From the IMG/VR virus record IMGVR_UViG_3300042922_000250, positions 1 through 64,000 of that record: DNA of 64,000 nt. One strand, given 5' to 3'. Shown here one piece after another: positions 39,204 to 47,109 of the stretch. Positions within the stretch are counted from its first letter, which is position 1, and every line of letters starts with the position of its first letter. Source of the stretch: a virus. Below the pieces are notes generated by a model. That model was not told the origin of the DNA and did not search any database. It saw only the letters and a list, made by a program, of their open reading frames with translations. The translations under genes were made by a program, and so were the position numbers.

Positions 39204-39761
39204 TCAATTCACGTCCTTTCTGCCATTATATATCTTCCTATACAAATCAATTTTAGTGGCATATTCCTCTTTCGTTTCGCCTTCCGTCATCTTTCTGCAT
39301 ACCGATTGCTTTCCCTGTCCACTAAAAATATAAGGAACAGGTTCATTAAAATCAATCTCGCTATTAGTTATATCATTATTACTAGCATTCGATTTCCCGT
39401 TATCGGAAAACCGCATAACGGTGATATTTACTGGCTTCGTAGGTTGTTCGTAAACATTATATAGATATCCAGCAAACTTTTTCTTGCTGTCTCTCTGCTT
39501 TGTTCTGGTGATATAACCTAGCTGTATTAATTCCTTAATCCCCGATCTAACGCTACACAGTTTATCAGCACTATTATTTGCTATGTCTAATTCGTAAACA
39601 TTCCAATTATCCGGCTTACTTAATAGATATAGCATAATTCCTTTAGCCTTCCAGCTCAACCTGTTATCATTGACTAACTGCTTATCAATCTGTACAAACG
39701 GTAATTCCCTTTTATGAATATGAAACACACTCACAATTTTACCACCTCCAAAACACAACAA
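39204..39761 (-). CDS. Winged-helix protein of replication-initiator N-terminal type
   Basis: LSWKAKGIMLYLLSKPDNW...ELIQLGYI. Confidence 0.7.
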   Translation of the reverse strand: MLCFGGGKIVSVFHIHKRELPFVQIDKQLVNDNRLSWKAKGIMLYLLSKPDNWNVYELDIANNSADKLCSVRSGIKELIQLGYITRTKQRDSKKKFAGYLYNVYEQPTKPVNITVMRFSDNGKSNASNNDITNSEIDFNEPVPYIFSGQGKQSVCRKMTEGETKEEYATKIDLYRKIYNGRKDVN

Positions 39762-39793
39762 AAAATAATTTGAAAAAATATTAAAAAATCATA

Positions 39794-39822
39794 TTGACAA
39801 CGCTATTTTGATTTGTTATGAT
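39794..39822 (+). promoter_or_regulatory. Sigma-A promoter with TGATT/AATCA repeats
   Basis: TTGACA-17-TATGAT. Confidence 0.75.
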
Positions 39823-39856
39823 TCAATCAAGATAAGCGACAGGGAGGACGAACACA

Positions 39857-40282
39857 ATGGCAAAACCGCAAACACTCAAACATAATTTAGGACACTACTG
39901 CAACAACCAGGATGATTTAATCGATGAATTAGTGGATTTGCTTGGCGAAGACGGAAATTTTGCAATTGGTATTCGCGGCATGTATGAAACGGAAAAGAAC
40001 AAACTTCGTCAATCATATGTATGGATAGATGGCAATAAAACACGGCAAAAACTCCCGGGAACTAGCTGTTTAGGTATTGTGTCCAATTGGGGAGACGCAA
40101 ACAATCAAGACCTAATTGACGGGTTAAAAAACATCGGTAAATCTGCAATGTATGGCGACGGACGCTTTGCAATTATAAAAGGACAATATGATGTCAATGT
40201 GCAGGATGATTGGGCAAACGACCCTGGAGAATATGTCTTATTAAACGCTGAAATAGTAGCATATACAAATCATGACAACTAA
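39857..40282 (+). CDS. Acidic hypothetical protein, possible ADP-ribosyltransferase fold
   Basis: RBS ggagg; GIRG / GTSC / PGEYVL. Confidence 0.6.
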   Translation: MAKPQTLKHNLGHYCNNQDDLIDELVDLLGEDGNFAIGIRGMYETEKNKLRQSYVWIDGNKTRQKLPGTSCLGIVSNWGDANNQDLIDGLKNIGKSAMYGDGRFAIIKGQYDVNVQDDWANDPGEYVLLNAEIVAYTNHDN

Positions 40283-40424
40283 AACACACGGCGGCTATCG
40301 ACCAAACTCAGGCCGTAAAAAACAACTCCCAGAAGGTGCAAAAATCAAGTCAATCACAGTTACAGAAAATGAATTTGTTAAGCTAAAAGAATATCTGCAA
40401 CAACTTAGAGAGACCGCTAAATAA
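40272..40424 (+). CDS. 50-aa DNA-binding protein (GGxRPxxGR + RHH-like), not in ORF track
   Basis: MTTKTHGGYRPNSGRKK...; overlaps previous stop; terminator follows. Confidence 0.7.
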   Translation: MTTKTHGGYRPNSGRKKQLPEGAKIKSITVTENEFVKLKEYLQQLRETAK

Positions 40425-40759
40425 GCGGTCTTTTCTTTTTTTACCGCCTGGAATAAAGTCTGCAACCAAGCGGCAATATATCGACTGATAATACAGTCAT
40501 TAGTGGTTCTCGCAGACATTACACCGCATAAAACAAAAAGCCACATGCGCAATGCATATGGCTTAATTTTATTAATTCCCCGCCGTGGTGCGGATCAATG
40601 TCTGAACCGGCATATAATCCGTGGCGGGGCTACAATCAGCGGCAGAACTAAATATGTTGTCCTGGTTGCAACTCCGCTGATTGCCTTAAATGTCCTGTCC
40701 TGGTCAGCATTGTTAAGAGGATTGACAGGCTCTGTTTTTTTACTCTCATCATAATAATA

Positions 40760-41014
40760 TCATCTTTGCAATGGCTTGTCATTCGGCGAATCTGACAGGC
40801 TATTTTTCTTTTTCCAAACAATATCAAATCCAGTTATATCCGCAATATCTTCTGCCTCTGATAGTCGCAATGTTTTATTGCGTATTTTATTGTTTAGATT
40901 TTGAACAGAATAAGGCCTTTTGTATTTATCGCTCAATAACTGCGCTACTTCGGTTAACGACATACCTGCTGCCGTTATAATCGTCTTGACATTCATCCAT
41001 ACCACCTCAATCAT
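40760..41014 (-). CDS. HTH regulator divergent from the right array
   Basis: MSLTEVAQLL...SVQNLNNKIRNKTLRLSE. Confidence 0.8.
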   Translation of the reverse strand: MIEVVWMNVKTIITAAGMSLTEVAQLLSDKYKRPYSVQNLNNKIRNKTLRLSEAEDIADITGFDIVWKKKNSLSDSPNDKPLQR

Positions 41015-41072
41015 ATTTTACATCATATGGTTTATAATTGCAAAATAAATATAAATTAATTGATTTAAGTAG

Positions 41073-41101
41073 TTGACATCTTAAATTATATAGTTTAAGA
41101 T
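41073..41101 (+). promoter_or_regulatory. Array promoter with palindromic operator
   Basis: TTGACA-17-TAAGAT; ATCTTAAA-N8-TTTAAGAT. Confidence 0.75.
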
Positions 41102-41136
41102 AAAGACAGGATAATCAATCAGGGAGGTAATCAGGG

Positions 41137-41541
41137 ATGGCGAAGACGGCAATGAGAAAGCTGGAAGAGTCCAGTTGGTTAGCGCAAATTCTACTAGATA
41201 AAATGGATGTCGAACTCGATAAAAACGGTGGTTCACCTCGCTGGCATTGCCTACACACGCTATACATTATCGTAAAAGAAGCTGACGACATGGAAAACAA
41301 CCAAATATACTACGATACTTATAACGGCAAAAGATCTATCACGATATGCAAGATACCATCTCTAATGAAGCACGGAACCAACTACGATACTTACGGCATG
41401 CAATGCAAACTAAGAGGACTTGCTGAAAGATATAAAGATGACGAAGGGCATTACCTTGTAAGCGTCCTTACCACTAACGACCTGAACAGTGCCACCATAA
41501 AAGACGTATCAGAACTGGTATTTCAACTCGGAACCCATTAA
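41137..41541 (+). CDS. Hypothetical protein, first gene of the right array
   Basis: RBS gggagg; 3' part duplicated at 1..176. Confidence 0.8.
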   Translation: MAKTAMRKLEESSWLAQILLDKMDVELDKNGGSPRWHCLHTLYIIVKEADDMENNQIYYDTYNGKRSITICKIPSLMKHGTNYDTYGMQCKLRGLAERYKDDEGHYLVSVLTTNDLNSATIKDVSELVFQLGTH

Positions 41542-41546
41542 TCGCA
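41366..41546 (+). repeat. Direct repeat copy 2 (matches 1..181)
   Basis: One mismatch. Confidence 0.97.
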
Positions 41547-41578
41547 CGAGAGCCAGTAAATATAAGGAGGCAGTAAGG

Positions 41579-41740
41579 ATGATTATTTTCAAAGAGAACA
41601 AAGAAACAGGCTTCTCTTGTGGAGCCAATGATTATGGCGAATTATTCTTAGGCAACGATAATGGCGGCTACAACCTGCCCGATACAGAGGAAAATAGGGA
41701 CTATGTAAAAGCTGATTTTGACTATTACAATAAAAAGTAG
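41579..41740 (+). CDS. 53-aa acidic protein (not in ORF track)
   Basis: RBS aaggagg; MIIFKENKETGFSCG... Confidence 0.75.
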   Translation: MIIFKENKETGFSCGANDYGELFLGNDNGGYNLPDTEENRDYVKADFDYYNKK

Positions 41741-41797
41741 CGCAGACTAACGGCCTCCGGGCCGGTAATGCGGCAAGCGGGGTCGGAAGCCCACCAC
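41741..41797 (+). ncRNA. Twister-P5-like ribozyme candidate
   Basis: GCA-GACTAA-cggcc-tccg-ggccg-g-TAATGCGGC-aagcgggG-TCGGAAGC-C. Confidence 0.5.
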
Positions 41798-41815
41798 AGA
41801 AAGGAGATAACGAGA

Positions 41816-42049
41816 ATGACATACTTAGAAAGCAAACTAATAATCGGGATAAATGAACTATACTGCCCAGGCAAAGGCTGGATACCAGCTAGTCAATATC
41901 AACCATCAATACATGGAATCCCTAGTGCCGCTAACGTTAAGTGTGTAGACCATGAAGGCCGCATTCACCTGCAAGCAGATTTGACCGAAGAGGAATATAA
42001 AAGCTTCCTGGCATTTCCCGCAAGTGAAGGTGATAGCGCCCCGGCCTAG
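41816..42049 (+). CDS. Hypothetical array protein
   Basis: RBS aaggag; MTYLESKL... Confidence 0.7.
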   Translation: MTYLESKLIIGINELYCPGKGWIPASQYQPSIHGIPSAANVKCVDHEGRIHLQADLTEEEYKSFLAFPASEGDSAPA

Positions 42050-42084
42050 CCGGGATAATGCTACCAATGAAAGGACGGATAAAA

Positions 42085-42297
42085 ATGGCAATGAAGTTTT
42101 TAGATGCTATCCATATCGATAATTTTGAGGGCGAAATTCCTATTGCTGATTGGGCGCAAATGAACAAACTCAGCAATGAGCAAAATGGAGAATATAAGTA
42201 TCTCGGCAATAGCTTCGGCGATAACAGGAGCGTATATGCTGTATTTGTAAACTACACAGCCGACATAAAACGCGTAGCCGTAATGATTCGAAAATAA
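42085..42297 (+). CDS. Hypothetical array protein
   Basis: RBS gaaagga; MAMKFLDAI... Confidence 0.7.
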   Translation: MAMKFLDAIHIDNFEGEIPIADWAQMNKLSNEQNGEYKYLGNSFGDNRSVYAVFVNYTADIKRVAVMIRK

Positions 42298-42332
42298 CCC
42301 CGCCTGACGATGGCCTGCAGGGGACAGCGCAA

Positions 42333-42364
42333 AAAGATAGCCGCCCAGTGAGGCGGCTTTTCTC
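42333..42364. terminator. Bidirectional terminator ending the right array
   Basis: agccgcc-cagtga-ggcggcttttct; homologous to 1741..1773. Confidence 0.85.
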
Positions 42365-42368
42365 ATGT

Positions 42369-43406
42369 TCATTTCGTTATTTTACCTAGCATTCTCGCGT
42401 TGTTGCGCTGATTACAAACCTCGCAAAGAGTTAACTGTTTGCCTTTTTTATTAGTCATTGCTGGACGCGCTTTGCACCAAGTACAAACACCGGACTGTTT
42501 CAGCCGCTCATATTCAGCATTTTGCTTGTGGCGTATTTTGGCGTTGCAAGCTTGGCAGCGCGTGGCGTGTTTGCCATCAGGCTTTATTTCTGTCGGTTTT
42601 CCGCACGCTATGCAACGGCCTTCCTTTTTTATAGCAGCATTAGCTACCCTTTGCCGCTCCTTACACGTCTCGCAGAGGGCACTGCCATCGGTCGTGATTG
42701 GTCCGCTACATTTTATACATATACCAAGTGCCTTGTAGCGATCAGCAGAGGCAATGGATGCTTTGCGGACAGCCTCATGCCAGCACTCAGGCGAGCAGTA
42801 TTTCGGCCTGTTTGCCGGTAGTGGTTGGCCGCAAATCTCGCAACAGGAATCATTGGCGGGTGCCATTGTCGGCGAGCAATGGCTACAGTATTTTTGGTTT
42901 CGCTCCCGAACAACAAACTGGTTCCCGCACTTCGGACAGGTATCCGCTCTGCCTAACGGTTTAAGTTTTACGCCGTACCGCTTGCGGCGCTTGTCCTTAA
43001 TATTGGCAAGGTGGCGCTCGTAACTTGCCCGCAAAATCTCAGCCGTGCGGCTTTTATTCCTTACCGCCCACTGTCGAGAGCGCTGCAGGTACTGCTTACG
43101 CTTGTCCGGATCTCCGTAGTACTCTTTTAGCCAGGATTCATGCCTGCGCCGCTTAGAATCTGCAGCAGCACAGGACGCACAGTGTTTCTGGTTGCCGCCT
43201 TTGACCTCGTAAGACTGACCGCAAATATCGCAATAAGCAGTAGAACCGATTTTGCGCAACGTTCCGGCAAGCTTGCGCTGATGCTTCTCACGATCGCGCT
43301 GGCGGATTCGCTCAGTTCGACACTCAGTGCAGTATTTTGCTGTTGGACCGCCGGAAAAACACGCGCCGCAGGTGACGCAGGTTTTTGGTGTGATGTGTGG
43401 GTTCAT
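42369..43406 (-). CDS. Multi-zinc-finger basic protein
   Basis: 13 CxxC plus one CxxxC in pairs, separated by Arg/Lys-rich helices. Confidence 0.8.
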   Translation of the reverse strand: MNPHITPKTCVTCGACFSGGPTAKYCTECRTERIRQRDREKHQRKLAGTLRKIGSTAYCDICGQSYEVKGGNQKHCASCAAADSKRRRHESWLKEYYGDPDKRKQYLQRSRQWAVRNKSRTAEILRASYERHLANIKDKRRKRYGVKLKPLGRADTCPKCGNQFVVRERNQKYCSHCSPTMAPANDSCCEICGQPLPANRPKYCSPECWHEAVRKASIASADRYKALGICIKCSGPITTDGSALCETCKERQRVANAAIKKEGRCIACGKPTEIKPDGKHATRCQACNAKIRHKQNAEYERLKQSGVCTWCKARPAMTNKKGKQLTLCEVCNQRNNARMLGKITK

Positions 43407-43720
43407 TTGCCGCGAACCTCATCGGCATATTTTAGGATTGATTCCCATTCGGCGTCAGTAGCCTGTAAAAAGCGTTTCTTTCTGCCGGTTACGGGACGAC
43501 CTGCACCGGGACGTTTGCCGCCCTGTGTAGGCAAGCCAAGCTCTTTCTTGATCGCGGTCTGATCAAGACTAGATATTGCACCCGCATTGCCACGAACATA
43601 GATTCCTGTGGACATTAAAATCAGTGCGCTGCCATCAACTACTCCGATTGCTTCTGCATCCTGAGGGAGCGGAATTGCTCCCCAATATAGTTTCCAGTTG
43701 CCGTTTTGATCGATATTCAT
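43403..43720 (-). CDS. Protein with C-terminal GGKRPGAGRP + RHH-like DNA-binding domain
   Basis: Motif shared with 40272..40424. Confidence 0.7.
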   Translation of the reverse strand: MNIDQNGNWKLYWGAIPLPQDAEAIGVVDGSALILMSTGIYVRGNAGAISSLDQTAIKKELGLPTQGGKRPGAGRPVTGRKKRFLQATDAEWESILKYADEVRGK

Positions 43721-43723
43721 TAT

Positions 43724-44047
43724 TTAATCCTCCGTAAAATTTAATACTGTTGCTCTATGGCTATCGTCGCATATTTCGCTAATTGGGTAATCTTCTTCTC
43801 CGTCATAACCTTCGATAGTTGAGCACATTTCGTCGCTATAATCGATTTCGTTTATTTCTGGCACTAATCCTAACTCTAAGCAAGCGCGTAAGCGGTGACA
43901 ACCTTCAAGTGCTACCCAGTGACCGTAGCATTCCATCCATACTGCGTTAATTGTAGGAGTTCCGAGAGTTAACATTTCATTTTTAACAGCTTCTAATTTT
44001 TCAACGTCGTAAGCCTTAGTAACTAATGCGACTCTCATGTTCAGCAC
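43724..44047 (-). CDS. Small ParB/Srx-like domain protein
   Basis: PTI...LEGCHRLRA. Confidence 0.55.
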   Translation of the reverse strand: MLNMRVALVTKAYDVEKLEAVKNEMLTLGTPTINAVWMECYGHWVALEGCHRLRACLELGLVPEINEIDYSDEMCSTIEGYDGEEDYPISEICDDSHRATVLNFTED

Positions 44048-44071
44048 CGCCCTTGTTTTATCTTATGATTC

Positions 44072-44101
44072 ATTATACCATTAATCAAATATGATTGTCA
44101 A
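44072..44101 (-). promoter_or_regulatory. Consensus sigma-A promoter
   Basis: TTGACA-18-TATAAT with extended -10; ttgattaat repeats. Confidence 0.8.
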
Positions 44102-44203
44102 TACTATTAATCAAAATAACTGCGATTATTTAAAATAAAAAAAGCCCCAGCCGAAGCCGGGGCAAAAAAGAGCCGCTCACCCTCTGCGGGCGGCTCTTTA
44201 GCA

Positions 44204-44833
44204 TTATTTAAGCTTGATCAGTTCTTCCTTCGTGATTTTTAATTCATTCAATATTTTCGGCAAGTAATCATTCATTATTTCTCCGGACTTTGCGATGGCA
44301 TCTTCATGTCTCCGACAAAAATCTGTAAACACCCCTTGATAGTCTTTGCTGTTCTCTATGCCAGCTCCTCTCATACGCACAAGAAGCCCATCAATATTAA
44401 GAATTTCTCGACTTTCATTTGAGTATGCTCTTACTGTATCGAAAAATACCTTTGTCTCAATATAGGCATTTACTACTTTTGCGGATATATCTTTGGGCAA
44501 CATGCCAATTTTGCTGGCATTCTCTGAAAAAACCGTAAAGTAGTCTTCTGCAATGTGATAATTAACAAGCTCGCCGCCACTCGCTACATATTGCTCCTTA
44601 TGCCTTTCAATTATATTGTGAAGAGCACTAATCTCTGCAATAAGCGATGCTACAAAATTGGATTTACTTCTTTTGGAATCCTGAGACTTGAAATAGTGAT
44701 TTGCCGATAATGTAACTCCGGTTGCAATAAGAGCGCCAAGAAGAGGGCCGGCGAATGGTTGCTCGCTCCAACACCATATTATTATCGAACCTAATACAAC
44801 GGATATTATAAGAAATAATAATGAAATAATCAT
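44204..44833 (-). CDS. 2-TM moron protein
   Basis: Two N-terminal TMs; flanked by terminators. Confidence 0.75.
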   Translation of the reverse strand: MIISLLFLIISVVLGSIIIWCWSEQPFAGPLLGALIATGVTLSANHYFKSQDSKRSKSNFVASLIAEISALHNIIERHKEQYVASGGELVNYHIAEDYFTVFSENASKIGMLPKDISAKVVNAYIETKVFFDTVRAYSNESREILNIDGLLVRMRGAGIENSKDYQGVFTDFCRRHEDAIAKSGEIMNDYLPKILNELKITKEELIKLK

Positions 44834-44938
44834 CTAAATCCCCCCTCAATATTTCTAAAATATGTTCTTCTAGCTAACACCGTATATTTTCCTGCAACAA
44901 CAAAAAAAGCCCCGCATTTCTGCGAGGCTAAAACCATA

Positions 44939-45367
44939 CTATTTTAACGCCAGGTACCCAACTGCCAACAGCAGTAGATTGCGCTCGAACTTAAGGCGGT
45001 TGCGTTCGGCCTTCATCTCTCGCTCGTACTGTTTTAATGATTGATTGGCATTCTCTAAGTAGCTCTGCGCTGTCAGCAGATTGGATTTGGCTTCCTGAGA
45101 TTCGCGTTTCAGCGTCAGCAATTGCGCCTGCAACGTCGCCAAGTCCTTCTGATATTCGGCCAGATTCAGCCGCGCCTGTGTTAAGTCCGTTTTCGACTGC
45201 GTCAAGTCGGCCAGCAGCCTGTTGTTGTTGATCTCCAACTGCTGAAAGATTTGCTCGAGTCGCGTCAGCTCCTGGTCCGTGATCTCGGCTGCCATACCAA
45301 TAGAGGGCACCAAGAGCAAGCAGAGCAGCAAGAGCGACATACAAATATTTTTTATTTGTCGTGTCAA
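44939..45367 (-). CDS. Spanin-like protein A homolog
   Basis: IGMA.EITDQELTRLEQIF...ERNLLLLAVGYLALK shared with 19040..19423. Confidence 0.6.
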   Translation of the reverse strand: MTRQIKNICMSLLLLCLLLVPSIGMAAEITDQELTRLEQIFQQLEINNNRLLADLTQSKTDLTQARLNLAEYQKDLATLQAQLLTLKRESQEAKSNLLTAQSYLENANQSLKQYEREMKAERNRLKFERNLLLLAVGYLALK

Positions 45368-45383
45368 TGAGGATCGCCCCCAA
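44991..45383 (-). CDS. Overlapping i-spanin-like protein B homolog
   Basis: TM + ALYWYGSRD...; coiled coil. Confidence 0.55.
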   Translation of the reverse strand: MGAILIDTTNKKYLYVALAALLALGALYWYGSRDHGPGADATRANLSAVGDQQQQAAGRLDAVENGLNTGAAESGRISEGLGDVAGAIADAETRISGSQIQSADSAELLRECQSIIKTVRARDEGRTQPP

Positions 45384-45507
45384 ACAGTTTTACCCAAAGC
45401 CGCTTTGCTCCCTGCCAGAGCCATACAAACGGCAATTTAATGAGCCACCAGACAAACATAGCCAACATTATGGGGATGTCCTGTTTCGTGAAAAACGGAT
45501 TGCTCAT
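45364..45507 (-). CDS. Small membrane protein
   Basis: MSNPFF..., Trp-rich TM. Confidence 0.55.
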   Translation of the reverse strand: MSNPFFTKQDIPIMLAMFVWWLIKLPFVWLWQGAKRLWVKLFGGDPH

Positions 45508-45520
45508 ACTACTTCCCTCC

Positions 45521-46129
45521 TTATAATCTTGCCAATGCATCGGCGTATTCAGATTCAAACCGACTATACAGCCCATCTCTGAGCGCCGGGCTGCCGTTTG
45601 TCCATTCTGGGGTGCGACACACGTCCAGATAAATTATCCGGATCATGTCCGCATCGAAACTGGGCGCATCCACGTATGACAGGTTAGGATAACCCAGTAC
45701 CAGGCAAGCCGTTTCAAACATTTCAACAATGTACGAGCCATACTGCACAGCGCGACTCCATATCACATCTGCCATAACAGGATGATGATTTTCGACATTA
45801 AATCCCTCGACGCGCAGAGCCTCGACCGCGGTATCGTAGTAAGCATATTTAATGTAGTCATGCTGCAGATCGCCAAACTCTGTAATGTTAGCCGCGCAGT
45901 ATTTCCACGCTGCCGAGAACTCACGACTTCCGGGCTCATGCTGCCCAAGGATGTTGCCGGCAGGGTTATTCTGGTTGCGCAGCCACCGAACAAAACTGGC
46001 CGCGCTGCCTGCCGCGCTGGACAGTTGATATGTACCGTAACTCACGCCGCCAGCGTCGCCGTAGCCGGTCGAGACTGTGCCGGGATCGCCGTTGGATTCG
46101 TATTTTGCGGAGAGTTCACCTAACCTCAT
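45521..46129 (-). CDS. Endolysin, lysozyme-like (VgrG3 C-terminal type)
   Basis: LSAKYES.GDPG.VS...DAGGVSYGTYQ. Confidence 0.8.
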   Translation of the reverse strand: MRLGELSAKYESNGDPGTVSTGYGDAGGVSYGTYQLSSAAGSAASFVRWLRNQNNPAGNILGQHEPGSREFSAAWKYCAANITEFGDLQHDYIKYAYYDTAVEALRVEGFNVENHHPVMADVIWSRAVQYGSYIVEMFETACLVLGYPNLSYVDAPSFDADMIRIIYLDVCRTPEWTNGSPALRDGLYSRFESEYADALARL

Positions 46130-46466
46130 TATTCTCATCCTCCTGATGTAAGTCGGGCGTATTAGTTGCCGCTTGAACCTTCCGGATAAACGCCACTTCC
46201 GCATCAATCAGCCATCCGACCAGCACCTTCGGGATCATGATCCGGCGCCAGCCTAAAATATCCATGACTGCCTGCACAGCCGCAGCTCGCTTTTCCCGGT
46301 TCTGCATTTGGTCAGCATGCCGATCCAACTCGTAGATGATTTTCTGCAGGGCAATTTTCGCACCGCCGACCGGCAACCCCCGATACAACAAATGGACAAC
46401 CAGTACCAATAAAAGGACCGCCAGCAATGCGCCAGCGGCCAAGTAAGCGATTTGTAGTTCGGTCAA
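46116..46466 (-). CDS. Holin-like protein
   Basis: Homolog of 20144..20482. Confidence 0.6.
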   Translation of the reverse strand: MTELQIAYLAAGALLAVLLLVLVVHLLYRGLPVGGAKIALQKIIYELDRHADQMQNREKRAAAVQAVMDILGWRRIMIPKVLVGWLIDAEVAFIRKVQAATNTPDLHQEDENNEVR

Positions 46467-46481
46467 ATTAACGCCCTCCTT

Positions 46482-46658
46482 TTAATGTCCTCTAAAATAC
46501 CCTCCGACAGCTATTGCTGTAGTGATTATCCATGCGACAATTCCTGTGTAGTTTTTACTTGCCTTTTCCTGCTCCTCAAGTATGGTTTCCACCCTGGCCA
46601 TGCGGTCTCTAAGATCATCAATTTTATCAAACAGCCGCTGGATTACATCGTCTGACAC
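46482..46658 (-). CDS. XhlA-like membrane protein (not in ORF track)
   Basis: MSDDVIQRLFDKIDDL...IVAWIITTAIAV. Confidence 0.6.
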   Translation of the reverse strand: MSDDVIQRLFDKIDDLRDRMARVETILEEQEKASKNYTGIVAWIITTAIAVGGYFRGH

Positions 46659-46688
46659 GCATCCACCACCCCCAATAAAAATAGCGCC

Positions 46689-46892
46689 CTATTCTTTTGG
46701 CGCTGCTTCGGTTGTTTCTGTCGGTTTCTCTGGCTCTTTCTTTTCCGCTTCTTGCTCTGCCTGCTGAATCTGCTGTAACAACTGTCCACGCGTCCGAATG
46801 AGCCGCTGAACTTCTAACTGGTGGCAATCGAGTTGCACGTCCAATCTGCCGAGCGTTGCATAGAGTTTTTCAATGTTCATATTAATACTCAC
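46689..46892 (-). CDS. Coiled-coil hypothetical protein
   Basis: Operon packing. Confidence 0.55.
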   Translation of the reverse strand: MSINMNIEKLYATLGRLDVQLDCHQLEVQRLIRTRGQLLQQIQQAEQEAEKKEPEKPTETTEAAPKE

Positions 46893-47109
46893 TCCTCGTT
46901 AACAATCCCTTGCCATACAAAAAATCCCTAAAACCATCAACCACCTGTTTGCCGTTGTCGGTTAACATGCCACGAAGAAATATATCTCCGTTTTTCTCAA
47001 ACCTTAAGATTTCCTTTCCGTTTGAACCAACAAGTAAAAATAAGCTGGGTGACGGTGCTGCTTTAACATAAATATCATTCATTATTTTTAACCCTCCCTT
47101 AATATACAA
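46882..47109 (-). CDS. Hypothetical protein
   Basis: Operon packing. Confidence 0.55.
   Translation of the reverse strand: MYIKGGLKIMNDIYVKAAPSPSLFLLVGSNGKEILRFEKNGDIFLRGMLTDNGKQVVDGFRDFLYGKGLLTRSEY

Larger units (their letters stand above)
1..41365. mobile_element. Temperate podovirus-type phage genome (~41.4 kb, circularly permuted, attP-like site intact)
   Basis: Integrase, cI/cro, replication, lysis, ejection proteins, P22-like portal, terminase all present; no tape measure; flanked by a direct repeat. Confidence 0.85.
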
